Source: the human T2T-CHM13v2.0 reference genome, Homo sapiens. From it: 64,000 nt of DNA. The DNA lies in the NCBI RefSeq assembly GCF_009914755.1, contig NC_060935.1, one strand, 5' to 3'. This document shows, one piece after another, positions 1 through 16,722 of this stretch. The translations under genes and the position numbers were made by a program. Position 1 is the first letter of the stretch, and the number at the start of each line of letters is the position of its first letter. A model generated the notes under the pieces. It saw nothing but the letters and a program-made list of their open reading frames with translations, did not search any database and was not told the DNA's origin.

Positions 1-681
1 CAGCACTCTGTGCCCAGCTAAAGGATTATAAATGCACCAATTAGCACTCTGTAAAAACACACCAATCAGCACTCCGTGTCTAGCTAAAGGATTGTAAATG
101 TACCAATCAGCACTCTGTAAAAACGTACCAATCAGCATGCTGTGTCTAGCTACAGGATTGTAAATGCACCAATCAGCACTCTGTAAAATGGACCAATTAG
201 CAGGACATGGGCGGGGCCAAATAAGGGAATAAAAGCTGGCCACCCGAGCCAGCAGCAGCAACCCGCTCGGGTCCCCTTGCACGCTGTGGAAGCTTTGTTC
301 TTTCGCTCTTCACAGTAAATCTTACTGCTGCTCACTCTTTGGGTCCACACTGCCTTTATGAACTGTAACACCGCAAGGGTCTGCGGCTTCATTCCTGAAG
401 TCAGTGAGATGACAAACCCACCAGGAGGAACAAACAACTCCGGATGTGCCACCTTTAAGAGCTGTAACACTCACTACGAAGGTCTGCGGCCTCACTCCTG
501 AAGTCAGCGAGACCACGAACCCACCAGAGGGAAGAAACTCCAGGCACATCCGAACATCTGAAGGAACAAACTCTGGACACACCATCTTTAAGAGCTGTAA
601 CATGCATCGCGAAGGTCTGCGGCTTTATTCTTGAAGTCAGCGAGACCAAGAACCCACCAGAAGGAATAAATTCTGGACACA
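1..681 (+). mobile_element. LTR12-family (ERV9) LTR, 3' part: U3 CCAAT repeats, promoter, R, repeated U5; cut by the window edge
   Basis: Repeated caccaatcagcactctg units, GC box 209-216, AATAAAA TATA-like box 228-234, repeated U5 blocks (ctgtaacac...ggtctgcggc...gaagtcag...aacccaccag), terminus tctggacaca. Confidence 0.9.
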
Positions 682-896
682 AAGGGTATCCTTATAAGAA
701 GAAATGCGGACACAGAATGAGACACCAGGGATGTGCATGAGGTCACAGCCAAGGAGAGAAGCCTCAGGAGAAACCCACTCTCCTGGCACCATGATCTCAA
801 ATTTCTACCTTCCAGAACTGTGAGAAAATAAATTTCTGTTGTTCAAGCCACCTACTCTGTGGTGTTTTGTTATGGTGGCCCTGGCAAATTAATACA
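682..896 (+). mobile_element. MLT1-type MaLR LTR, 3' portion (probably the element into which LTR12 inserted)
   Basis: ttccagaactgtgagaaaataaatttctgttgttcaagccacc...taataca is the typical MLT1 3' end. Confidence 0.75.
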
Positions 897-959
897 AAGA
901 GCTGTATCAATTAAAATTTTAGACTAAAAAATGCCTATATAGAACTGTGCCCTTTAAAA

Positions 960-2780
<1,821 letters not shown>

Positions 2781-3577
2781 ATTGTCGACTACTTGCTTCG
2801 CTTGAAATCCTCACTCCCTGTTTCCATTTGAATAATTTTCTCCTAGTTATTCCTCTACTTCTCCATACTTCTGAATTCTTTTGACATGGCTATCTTCCTC
2901 TGCTGAAGCCTTCAATGCACATCTTCTGCAAGGTTCCTCTTCTAAACTTGCATTTTTTCTTACTCATTTTATAATCTCCTTAAGCAGTTTCATCCACAAC
3001 CTGATTCCAGGTTTAATAATGAGCCCATGTTTGTTTGTTTGTTTTAATGTCTCCTTAAAGACCTCTGAAATAAATGAATACCAAAAATAAGACAAAATTT
3101 TAAGCAACACTGGAAAATAAGAAGAGTTGCCATGAAATCAGAAGTCAAGAGTAATTTCAGAAAATGTGCAGCACGTGAGTTCTGGGCCACTTTTTTTCAA
3201 GTATTAGCCAACTTGGGCAGAGGTGGCTATCACCTACAATGATAAACAGAGATTGCATGGTGGTTACACAGGCATACTCTCTTTGTGATATTTACTGACC
3301 TTATGGTTTGTGTACTTTTCTAGACATGCTATACTTCAATACAAAAGTTTTTATAAAGAAAAATAAATTTTAAAACCTCCCAACAGCTTCTCAGGAGCTG
3401 TAGAAGGCCTCTCCTGCTTTTTTGCAAAGAATGACTACTACCTTTCATTACATTAACATGAATTAATACATAGAGCATGCATAAGGAGGTATCTCTAAGA
3501 AAAGTGAAAAAGCAGTAGACTCTATTATTAGCTAAATCTCTCCGTTCTAGAAATCTCAGGAAAGCATAGGGTGGGTA

Positions 3578-3898
3578 GAGGTTGAGTATCACTCATCTGA
3601 AATGCTTGGGACCAGAAGTGTTTTGGATTCTGGAATATCTGCATATACTTAATGAGATATCTTGGGGATGGAACCAAAGTCTCATATACACCTTGTATGC
3701 ACAGCCGGAAGGTGATTTTATTTTTCGCCTGCGGATGCTGAACAGACTGTATGCTGTGAGCCTGCATTCTCACTGTGACCCGTCTCATGCGGTCAGGTGT
3801 GAGATTTTCCACTTGTGGCATCATGCTGACATTCAGAAAGTTTCAGCTTCCAGAGCATGTTTGGATTTTAGATTTTTGGATTACGGATGCTCAACCTG
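3578..3898. mobile_element. Tigger4/MER46-type non-autonomous DNA transposon
   Basis: Terminal inverted repeats aggttgagtatc / gatgctcaacct, TA on both flanks (3576-77, 3899-900), internal aaatgcttgggaccagaagtg. Confidence 0.8.
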
Positions 3899-4528
3899 TA
3901 CTGAGAAAACCATGAAGAGATCCTAGAGTACAACGGCTGCTCTTACAAATCAGGAAACTAAGGCTCAGAGAAAGTGATTTTTGCCAAGGCTGCAGAATGG
4001 TATTTTTTGATACTAAATCTATTTTCTTTCTACCGCATGATGATTCCTCCATCACAGATCCTAACTCCTAACTACAATATTCACTGTACAGTGTATGTTC
4101 AATAAATGTTATCAAAGGGGAAAAAGCCTGCAGTGTTAGTTAAGTCAATTAATCCAATGAGGTGTTAAAAACAGTTTAACTTGCAGGAGCTAGGAAGTCA
4201 TCCTTCGTGATAACCAGTATTGGGGAAAGGTGATATTAATATGTATCTCCATCAGTGTTGTCTACTACATATGAAGACACCAAAATCTGAAACTGGAAAG
4301 CGTCAGACAGATGCAAAGGAAGTGACCAAACAGGTGTCACAAACATACAGGCGATAAAAATATCTAAGAGATTGGAAGTCAGTCAGGGAAAGAGAGACCA
4401 ATACTTAATCTTCACATACACTAAGTAATCTGGAAAGCTGATTTTTCGAGGACCAATAGGAGAAATTTATTAATACAAAGTCCTACGGCCTTCTTCTATA
4501 GGGAACACAGGTCATACAGTTAACCTAC

Positions 4529-4749
4529 CTCAGTTCCTGGCTTTCGGTGGTGAGGAGAGTAAGAAGCGCCCAGGCGAGGACCTGGCTGTCGTCCCCAGAG
4601 TGAAAATGACTGTGATGCCGGATGTTCTGCAGCAGCAGCTGGTCCAGGAACTCCAGGGCCTTCTCCTGCACAGTGCTCTCGCAGTCCATCACCACCGGGA
4701 CCACCCCCCGCAACCAGGCTTTCTGGATCTGCACGCATCTAGGCTGAGC
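4529..4749 (-). CDS. NCAPD3: NCAPD3 coding exon 16 ([12 protein letters not shown]...TESQEL)
   Basis: 221 nt, cctaag| acceptor, |gtaggt donor, phase consistent; gene continues beyond the left edge. Confidence 0.96.
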
Positions 4750-5297
4750 CTTAGGAGTGAAAGATTATGACATGAGAAGGTCTAAATACAAGTCAGGGAA
4801 GTTGTGATCAACATTTTGAGATGTTAAAAATAATCACACCTTCAACTGCAAATAGACCATAGAGTGAAAAAAGAAAAAAATTCAAAAAATATACAAAAGC
4901 AAAGCCAGCTTAATGTAAATCACTGCAAACCAAAATTTTAAACTCATACATTAAAGTCACTATTTTACTAGTAGCTACTAGTAAATCAGTACTTTTTTGG
5001 TCATTAAAAATCAAGAGCAAATAATAAATATCCCAAAGAGCAATTAGAACAGATGCTGACAGAAAAAGTCAAAATATGCATTGCTTAATGCCTTCTATTA
5101 TGAAATAAAGAAATAAACATACTTCTAAAATTCTTTGACTAAAATGCTAACTAGTAAACAAAAGTAAATTAAATATAGTACTTGTGAGTCTGCTTTTTTG
5201 GCAATATCATCTATCTATGCCCTAATTGACTAAATTTAATCTAGGTCTCTAGCTTAACCAAATCAATTTTAAATTTTATTTTTCTGTGTGAGATTTA

Positions 5298-5614
<317 letters not shown>

Positions 5615-5855
5615 AAAGTGAAGAAAGGGCTAACAATTGGCATTCTCTAGCATTAGTTCCTAATTATGTTTAATAGGAAGCACAGTCTATCACACATAAT
5701 TCAAAAATACCTCCTCCCTTACATTGTACAGTTCTACAGTGGACTTAGTAGAGTTTTTAAAGGTCAACTTAACGTTTAGCAGCAGGTAATTATTGTGTGG
5801 AATTACTTTTAATGTAAAATACCATGCATTACATATATAATGTCCTGCCTCTCAC

Positions 5856-5990
5856 CATAAGGAGTTCAGTAAGAGACTGGAGGGCCTGCTTCCGGACAGA
5901 CACTGCAGGGTCCCGACACTGGTCCTGCAGAATCCACAGGTCTTCCTTCATGCCTGAGACATCACAGTGTTTCAAAATACTCACTAATAC
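5856..5990 (-). CDS. NCAPD3: NCAPD3 coding exon 15 ([10 protein letters not shown]...LTELLM)
   Basis: 135 nt, ttctag| and |gtgaga, phase 0/0. Confidence 0.96.
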
Positions 5991-6500
5991 CTAGAAGGCA
6001 TAGACGCAACATGAACTGTTAACTGCATAGCATCAACTCACAAAGATAAACTGTTAACAAAGGAACACTTCCTTTAAGTTTGTGGTTCTTAACATTTTGG
6101 GGTCATGGATCCAACCTTCCTCCTCACAACATCCCATTTTTCAGAATCCAATTTGCTAAGGCCTCTCTCAGAGAAAAACAAATTTTATATAAACAAATAT
6201 TTACAAACTATTTTATGAACCTATTAAAATCCACCCATGGTCCCTAGGTTAAGAATCCCTATTCTAAACAAATTCAGGATATAAATTTGTGGTTCTTAAA
6301 AAAATCAGAAACCCTGTAGGAAAGCTTAAAAATAAAAAATCTTCCAGTTCGTCTATGATTCATATACAACAGGATCAGGGTCAACTAACAGGCGAAAAGC
6401 AAATTAAGTAATGAATATGGCCTAAGAGTTTAAAAAATATTCCTTTGCATTTCCAAGTTTTTAGTGCTTAAAAAAAAAAACGTGCAGAGAAAACTCCCAC

Positions 6501-6574
6501 CTGCAGTGCAGACTTCCTAACGTTGGTCTTCTCATCCCTGATCCTCCTTCTCAGCATTGCCATGACACATCTTT
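6501..6574 (-). CDS. NCAPD3: NCAPD3 coding exon 14 ([24 protein letters not shown])
   Basis: 74 nt, ctacag| and |gtggga; HEAT-type [10 protein letters not shown] motif. Confidence 0.96.
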
Positions 6575-6937
6575 CTGTAGAGGGAATACCAAAGGGTCAT
6601 CACAGCTGGAGAAAAGTCACACAGCAGCTAACATTTCACCACACAATACCCAGAAAATACACTCATCTTAAAGACTCATTAGCTTGTTTTAAATCCTAAG
6701 AAATGAGAGTGTGGAAAAAGAAGAAAATGTGAATAATTAGGTATTCACTGTAATGCATATAAACTTTGGAATATTAAAAATTTGGTTTTAAATCTCAGCC
6801 CCTACCTCTAAAATTGTGAATGAATTATTTATCTCTTCCATTTTGTTTAGCTACAAATAGGAGTATCTAACCCATAGGATTATTTTAAAGATTTGATGAG
6901 GTAATATATAACAGCAGCTTTAAAATGTTTGACTTGA

Positions 6938-7234
<297 letters not shown>

Positions 7235-7239
7235 TGAGG

Positions 7240-7822
7240 CTTCTTTATATTCTTAAAAATTACTGAGGACCCTAAAGAGATTATATCTTTTAATACTTAG
7301 AATCAGAAATTTAAACTGAGAATTGTAAAAATATTTATTAATTCATTTTAAAAGAGCAAGATATGTTACTGTTAGTACTTTTTCATAAAAAATAACTATA
7401 TTTTCCAAAACAAATAAACTAAAAATAGTGAAAAGGCTGGATGTGGTGGAATGTGCCTATAATCCCAGCTACTGGGGAGACTGAGATCAGAGGATCAACT
7501 GAGCCCAGGAGTTCGAGTCCAGCCTGGGCAACACACCAAGACCCGATTTTAAAAAAAAAGAATGGCATTGTTTTAGAGTTTTGCAAACTTTAAAATGTCT
7601 GGCTTAATATAAGCCAGTTTATCTCTCATCTGGCTTATATTAAACAGGATTCTCATCTCTGTTTCTACCTGCAATCTGTTGCAATTTGATAAGTCATGGG
7701 ACCACTGGAAAACTCCAATATACATTCGTGAGGAAATCAGAGTGTGGAAGGCAAATGAACACTGCACTCATTTTTACTTCAAGGACCCCTGAGGGTTCCC
7801 AAAACACACTTTGGGAACTGCT
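7240..7822. mobile_element. hAT-Charlie-like DNA transposon remnant, interrupted by an Alu monomer (about 7435-7560, +)
   Basis: aaaaattactgaggaccc... and cacactttgggaactgct terminal-type sequence; family assigned from recall. Confidence 0.5.
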
Positions 7823-8189
7823 TATATATAAGAAGGCAGCTTAAAAAATAAAAGATGGAAAACAATAGAGAAAAATCAATGAAACTAAAAGTAGGTTCCT
7901 TGATAAGATCAACAAAACTAATACACCTTTAGCTAGACTGGCGAAGAAAATAAGAAAGAAAATTGAAATTGCTAAAATCAAGAAAGGAGGGACATTACTA
8001 CTATTAGCCTTACATAAATAAAAAGGATTACAAAGGAATACTGTGAACAATTTTATGCCAACAAATTAAGTAGCCTACATAAAAGAAACAAATTTTTAGA
8101 ACGACAAGTTTTAGAAAGACACAAACTACAGAAACTGACTCAAACAGAAATAGAAAATCTGAATATACCTGTAACGAGTAAAGAAACTA

Positions 8190-8612
<423 letters not shown>

Positions 8613-8738
8613 TTAAAGCAAAAATGAACAACAATCCTTCATGAACTCTTTCAAAAAATAGAAAAGAATACACTTTCCAGCTCATCTTAGGCGAGTACTA
8701 CCCTGATAGCAAAACCAAAACATCTCAAGAAAACAACG

Positions 8739-9451
<713 letters not shown>

Positions 9452-9856
9452 ACAGACCAATATTCCTTATGAATATGACACCAAAATTCTCAACAAAATA
9501 CCAGCAAACCAAATCCAGCAAGATACAACCATGCTTGGGATTTATCCCAGGAATGAAATGTCAACCTGTGAAAAATCAATCAATGTAAATTACAGCATGG
9601 TAACAGAACAAAGAAAACCACACAATCATCTCAAAATAGATGCAGAGAAAGCATTTGCAAATTCCAACACCTTTCCATGATAAAAACTCAGCAAGCTTGA
9701 AATGGAAGGAAACTTCCTCATATTGATGAAAGTCATACTAAAAACCTCACAGCTAACGTCGTACTCAGCGGTGAAGACCAAAAGCTTTCCCCCTAAGTAA
9801 AGAAAAAAGACAAAGAAGTCTACTCTTTGACTTCTTTTCAACATCATTCCACAGAC

Positions 9857-10444
9857 TGTAAACCAAAAATAAAATTCTAAGGCTCTCCAACCATCTGAAT
9901 GGACTTCCTCCTCAGCCAGGGCACTCTAAAATTTAACCTGAAGACTGGTTCAGACCATGACGGGATGTGGGGGTCAGACATGCCTCATTATACCCTCCAG
10001 CATTAACATCAACACAGTCTTTAAGTCTGATAAGAAACGTTTACAATCTATTCTCTCTGAAGCCTACTATCTGAAGGCTTCCTCTGCAGTAATGAACTTT
10101 AGTCTCCACCACCCTTTATCTTAACCCAGACATTCCTTCCTATTGAACCCAGTTCTTTAGACAAACTCAGCCAATTTTCAACAAGAAAAATTTAAAATCT
10201 ACCTATAAGCTGGAACCCTCCCCACCTTGTCCTGCCTTTTGGGACCAAACCAATGTATCTATTAAACGTATCTGATTGATGTCTGATGCCTCCCTAAAGT
10301 GTATAAAACCAAGCTGCACCCAACCACCTTGGGCACATGTTCTCAGGACCTCCTGAGGGCTGTGTCACGGGCCATGGTCACTCACATTTGGCTCAGAATA
10401 AATGTCTTCAAATATTTTACAGAGCTTGACTCTTTCTGTCAACA
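9857..10444 (+). mobile_element. MER4-like ERV1 solo LTR
   Basis: tgtaaaccaaaaataaaattctaagg start; gtataaaaccaagctgcacc...gggcacatgttctcaggacctcctgagggctgtg; aataaa; CA end. Confidence 0.75.
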
Positions 10445-11043
10445 AATAGGTAAGAAAAAGAAATGAAAGATATCCAGATTGGAGAGGAAGAAGTAGAACT
10501 ACCTCTATTTACAGATGACTTGTTCTTATATCAAGAAAATCCTAAGGAATCCACAAAACAATCATTAGAGCTCGTAATGAGTTTGGCAAGGTTGCAGGAC
10601 AGAAGATCAATTATCAAAAATAATTTGTAAAAACTAGCAATGAACAATTCAGAAATGAAATTAAGAGAGCAATTTAATTTGCAATACTATTGAAAAGAAT
10701 AAAAACACTCAGGACAAAATTTAAAGAGCAACAATGGTTCACTGAAAACTACAAAACATCACTGATACAAATTAAAGACCGAAAGAAATAAAAAGACATC
10801 TGGTGTTCATGGATTAGAGGAATTAACAAACGAACATGGCAACACTCCCCAAACTGATGTACAGATCAATCCCTATCAAAATCCAAGATGGCTTTTTTTT
10901 TCTTGCAGAAATTGGCAATTAATCTTAAAATTCATATGGAAATACAAGGGACCCAGAATAGCCAAACTAATTTTAAAAAAGAACAAAGGGACAGGAGGAG
11001 AACTCATACTTCCTGATTTAAAATTGACTATCACAGGATACTA

Positions 11044-11666
11044 TGTTAACACCAAAATATGACTCTGACATAAAAATTATTTCTGGGAAGACAGTTAAAG
11101 CAGACAATTAACAAGCAGCAGCAAACAGAGAAAAAGCTCTGTCTATCCTTTCCCTTTTCTTTATTTATATGGGCAGTATATAAATTCTCCTTTACACACG
11201 GGGTCTCTGGACCCTTATCAGCCCAGAGCAATTCACAAAACTCACTCCATTGTTTTCCTCCCACATACAGGCAGTCCCTGACTTAGGATTTTCTGATTTT
11301 GCAATAATGTGACAGCAATGCACATTCAAACCATACTTTGAGTTTTGAATTCTGCTCACTTCCTAGCTAGTGACATGCAGAATGATACACTCTCACGATG
11401 CTGGGCAGCAAGAGTAGCTCCCCGTCAGCCACCCCATCAAAAGGGGACAACAGAGAGTCTCCAGTGTACTGTACTGCCAGCATTTTTTGGATATGGTGTT
11501 TTGTGTTACGTAAGTGGAGTTCTAAGCCCTCAGTTACTTTGCATTGAGATCTCTCCCGCATAACACGCACTAGACATGTTAATAAACTTGTTTGTCTTGT
11601 TATGGGGATCCATCCCGAGGAAGAACTCATGAGGACTGAAGAAAAAATTATTTCCCCTCTCCTACG
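11044..11666 (+). mobile_element. ERV1-type LTR (MER39/MER34-like) with an internal Tigger3-like fragment (about 11268-11490)
   Basis: TG start, aataaacttgtt, end ttcccctctcctac; internal ctctcacgatgctgggcagc Tigger3-like sequence. Confidence 0.5.
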
Positions 11667-12857
11667 CTAGAACGCAACGGCAATCAACACAATGTGGTAC
11701 ATAAAGACAGATATATAGATTAATGAAATAAAATTCCATTAATATAGAATATAGAGCACACAAATAAGCTCATGAGCTTATACAAGTCAGTCAAGTGATT
11801 TTTTTACAAGGGTGCCAAGACACTCACAGGTGAAGGAACAGGCTGAAAGAAACAGTGCTATGTCAACTGGATAGTCACATGCAAAGGAGTGAAGGTGGAC
11901 CCCCTATATCACACCATATTCAAAAATTAACTGAAAATTGATCAAAGACCTAAATGTGAGAGCTAAAACTATAAAACCCTTAGAAGAAAACACAGGAGTA
12001 AATCTTTGTGACTTTGGATTACACAACGATTTCTTAGCTATGTGATACCAAAAGCATGAGTAAAAAAAGAAAAAGATAAATTGGACTTCATCAAAATTAA
12101 AATGTTTTGTGCCTCATAGAATACCATTTGAAAAGACAACCCACAGACTGGGACAAGTCTTTAAAAATCATATATCTGATAAGGTATATATATAAAAATA
12201 ACTCTTTCAACTCAAAAATAAAAGATAACCCAATTAAAAAATGGGCAAAGAGCTTGAATAGACATTTCTCCAAAGAAAACGTATGTATATGGCCAATAAG
12301 CCTATGAAAATTTACTCAACATCATTAGCCATTAGGGAAATATAAATCAAAACCACAAGCAGATACCACCTCATACCCACAAAGATGGCTAAAATAAAAA
12401 AGACAGACATGGCAAGTGTTGGTAGGAATGCAGAGAAATAGGATTATCATACGTTGCTAGCAGGATTGTAAAATGGTGTGGCCACTTTGAAAAAGTGTGG
12501 TGGTTCCTCAAAATGTTGAATATAGAGTTACCATACGACCCAGCAGTTCTCCTCCTAGGTATACACTCAGAGGGAATGAAACCACACATCTATACAAAAA
12601 CTCATACAAGAATACTTACAGCAGCATTAGTCACAATAGCCAAAAAGTGAAAACAACCCAAATGTTCATCAACTGATGAATGCATAAACAAAATGTGGTG
12701 TATCCTTATAACTGACTATTACTCAGCACAAAAAGGAATGAAGTACTGATAGATGCTATAACATGAATGAGCCTTGAAAACACGCTATAGGTGAAAGAAG
12801 TCAGACACAAAAGACAACACAGTACATGACTGCATTTATGCGGAATGTCCAGAATAG

Positions 12858-13159
<302 letters not shown>

Positions 13160-14224
13160 CAGAATAGGCAATTTTATAAGGAAAGAAAATTACTGGTTGC
13201 CAGTGTTAGGAGGAAAGGGGCATGGGGAGTGACTGCTAATGGCTATGGGGTTTATTTTTCAGCTGATGGAATGTTCTGGAATTAGTCTGTACAATCTTGT
13301 GACTATACTAAAACAACTACATTATACACTTTCCATGGTGAACTTTATGGTGTGTGAACTCTGCCTTAATAAGAAAAAGCAAAGAGAGCAAAGTGCATCT
13401 AAGTGACTATACAAAATTTTTAATGTACAATTAATGCCAACAATATATGTCCTTTCAGCTTATGAACAATGCACTGGAAACATGGGCTCTTTGCGTCCCC
13501 GAACTTTCATAATTTTTAAGCATCATTAAATCACCTCAACTTGATATTGCTTGAAAAAGTCTGTGCCACCGTAAATCCGTAACCTGTTTAGACGAAGTCT
13601 GGAGCCAACACAAACATTCAGCATTTTTCCAGAGTACATTTTCCTACCACATTTAGAAAACCTGTTTATTATAAATGTAGTTATCGCTCTGAATTGGAGT
13701 AATACATGCTAATATCTAGCCTCCTGAACCCAATTTCACGCTGACCTTCTAGGCTGAATAATAAAAGCAGTAATGTAATCATCCTCAGGGCGCTTTCTGT
13801 GCATCTCGGCACCTATCTCAGTGTTCCGCATACATGTGTGCACAATTGTATATATGAGAACACTTGTGTGCACAAGCACCTGTCTCTCCACTGATCCTTA
13901 AGAGATGGAGCTCTGTCTCACAGACTTGTGCATCTCCAATGCCTGGAACGCATTGGGAAGGACCAGATCAAGGTTTATTGAATAAATTAATAAACCCAAT
14001 TATGTAATTAATCCTCTACGTACATGCTCTTTCTCTCTCTTATCTGTGTCTCTCTCTCTTTAAATCACTTTCTTAAATGTTGTTTCTACAGACTTTCCCA
14101 ACAGTCGTCTGGGAAAGATGGGAGGGTGTTACAACCGGAAAACGACAGGTATACCCCTAGATCATGCAGCTATTTAGTAACTAAGCTGGTACAAAAAAGC
14201 AGACTGCCCTGCAGTGTTATTTTC

Positions 14225-14523
14225 ATTTTTTAATTTTTTAAACAGACTGTCGCCCAGGCTGGAGTACAGTGGTATGATCAGAGCTCACTGTAGCCTGGAA
14301 CTCCTGGGCTCAAGCCACCCTCCCACCTCAGCCTCCTGAGTAGCTGGGACCACAGGGGCACACCACCACGCCCAGCTGATTTTTATATATATTTTTTAAG
14401 AGATGGGGTCTTGATGTGTTGCCCAGGCTGGTCTTGAACTCCTGGGCTCAAGTGATCTGCAGGCCTCAGCCTCCCAAAGTGCTGGGATTATGGGATTACA
14501 GGCATGAGTCACCACGCCCAGCC
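14225..14523 (-). mobile_element. Alu (J-like)
   Basis: Reverse Alu motifs; small internal duplication tgggatta/tgggatta. Confidence 0.9.
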
Positions 14524-14650
14524 AGCTGTTTCAACTCTTAGGGGTGAATAAATCAGAAAAAAAAAAAAAAATCCAAGGTTTTAGACTCTACTTACGGTTG
14601 TCTGAAATCCAGCAGTATTACCTATCTGACAGTGATAAAATCTGACATAC

Positions 14651-14740
14651 CTCCAGATCCAACTGTTTCACCACTGCTGTCTATGTTGATCTCCCCTGAG
14701 GGTTCGGAACGGTTAGATGTCTGCCTTTGGTAGGAAAAAG
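14651..14740 (-). CDS. NCAPD3: NCAPD3 coding exon 13 ([29 protein letters not shown])
   Basis: 90 nt, ttttaaag| and |gtatgt, phase 1/1. Confidence 0.94.
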
Positions 14741-14976
14741 CTTTAAAAAAAAAATTACAGTCATTAAGCTAAAAATGTGTTATACTTTTAATAACATTAG
14801 CAGGGCATGTTACTCATTTAAGTTACAACATTATTACTGAAATGAATTTCAACCTCTCTCATGAAAAAAGTACAATGTTAAAGCAGGTAAATAAGGAGGT
14901 AAGAAAAACATTTTAAATATTCCACAAATTTTTAAAAGATAATCATTCAATATTTGAATATGTATTGATCCATTAC

Positions 14977-15033
14977 CTGATGAATTTCTCAGTAAGGTAC
15001 CAGGGTGACTCTCTATTACAGAAAACGTAGGAC
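14977..15033 (-). CDS. NCAPD3: NCAPD3 coding exon 12 (PTFSVIESHPGTLLRNSS)
   Basis: 57 nt, ttttag| and |gtaatg, phase 1/1. Confidence 0.94.
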
Positions 15034-15488
15034 CTAAAAACAAGAAGAAAGATAAGAAGGAAGAAGTCAGTATCATAAACTGAGTAATTATCCACGGAGG
15101 AATCAAAATCAAGATAATTAGGCTCAAAGACAAGGCAGACAGATTCTAAATTGCTGACAACTGATAACGTTCTCCTTGGGTATGCATTGAAACGGAGATT
15201 CATCCTAATACGACCAATGCCCACCAATGCAAAGCAACAGTAAAGGTAGCCACCAATGTCACCTCTCAGATATGAACATCTGAAATACTTTTAAAAGGCC
15301 TTGCAAATGTATCAGGCTTGCCTATTTAAAAAGTTATTTGGCAAGAAAATATACTAAAAATGGTTTTGAGAGTAAAAATAGATCATGCCATACCTATTAC
15401 TTTTGCCACAGAAAAGAACGATTCCCTTGCAGTCTATTTCTCAATGAGCACAAGACCGGTTTACTGTCCCAATAGTCGCCATACTCAC

Positions 15489-15741
15489 TGTTAATCAGGA
15501 GCTCCAGGATACTCTCCGACGCACTGGTAACAGTCAACTCCAGACAGTGTGCAAAGCTGGACAGTGCCTTGCTGCGGACAGTAGGCGCCTTGTCTAAGCA
15601 ACGATCAAACATAATTTCCTGCACCAGGAACTTATGCTTTAAGAACTTCTGATGCTCCAAGGAGAGGGTGTTATCCACCTCTCTTTCAGGCAGTTCTAAC
15701 AGAGCTAAGACAACATCAAGAGTAAAAACCCGGTGTGGGAT
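15489..15741 (-). CDS. NCAPD3: NCAPD3 coding exon 11 (IPHRVFTLD...LELLIN)
   Basis: 253 nt, taccag| and |gtgagt; HEAT motif [11 protein letters not shown]. Confidence 0.96.
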
Positions 15742-15869
15742 CTGGTAAAGCAAGATCATAAGAATTGCCATCAGATAGGAGTAAGAACCAAAGAACCCTC
15801 CTCATTCAGACCTAGAAAAAGAGACCCTTTTAAAAAGGACCCAAGGTTTTATGCAGAGCTATCTCCTAC

Positions 15870-15995
15870 CTTGGAACTTCGGGAGTATTTGTAAAGCCAG
15901 GCAATGAACATAGCGTATTCCCCACAAGGAAGTTTACTGAGCAGCTGGACTAGGGACTGGGCTGCAAAAGTACGATACTCTGATTTATCTACCAC
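15870..15995 (-). CDS. NCAPD3: NCAPD3 coding exon 10 ([10 protein letters not shown]...YSRSSK)
   Basis: 126 nt, tttcag| and |gtagga. Confidence 0.96.
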
Positions 15996-16722
15996 CTGAA
16001 AAGCAAAAAGAGAAGTTGACCAACCAATATCCACCCGCAGGATGGCTGAAACATATTCTGTAATATAAGTTGAAAGTCAGTGAGTACAACTAGTTCAATG
16101 ACCTTTAAATGTTACGTAAATGACTAATAAATTTTAGGTTTTAGAACACTTCAAAACTAATCTAAAGGAAATCTATAAACCATCTCTCCAGAAAAATGCA
16201 CATACAAATTTAGTATACAATTTCAGAGAGTTTTTAGATCCCCAGGTTTCATAAGGTTCAAATTAAGAATCATTTGTCTAAATGGTTATAAAAATGTAGA
16301 GATCATCATGGAAATTTGAACACTGGATGTTTGATAATATTAAGGAATTACCGTGAAAGGATATGATGGAATTTGCTTCAAAACACAATCCAGTATACAC
16401 ATGTTGGGGGATGTGGGGTAGGGGTTTAAGTGACACAAAACTGTGGAACTCGGTGATGGGTATGTGGTGGTTCACCAGCCTATTTTCCCTGTTTCTGTGT
16501 GTATGTTCAACATTTTTCCAAAACAAAGTTTTTTTGTTTTTTTGTTTTTTATAGAACACTTTTGTCTAGGGGACCATCTAGTGAACATTAAATAAAACCA
16601 CTTTAAGTAACAATGCACACTCATTCCCAAGAACAAATACCCACACTCACACACACACACACACATTTATCTTCACACACGATATACTTCCATGTTATTA
16701 ATATTACTAAGGCAAACAGTAC

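Noticed and set aside
150-682. Several 60-106 aa ORFs on both strands
   Set aside because: They lie within LTR12 U5 repeats, with repetitive translations typical of this LTR
13455-13530. Possible C/D snoRNA on the minus strand (AUGAUGc ... CUGA)
   Set aside because: Imperfect C box, no convincing terminal stem and no recognisable guide; it would need an Infernal/snoscan hit
14590-14650. Alternative donor acc|gtaagt downstream of NCAPD3 exon 13
   Set aside because: The extension contains an in-frame TAG; isolated GTAAGT hexamers are frequent by chance and nothing else supports it
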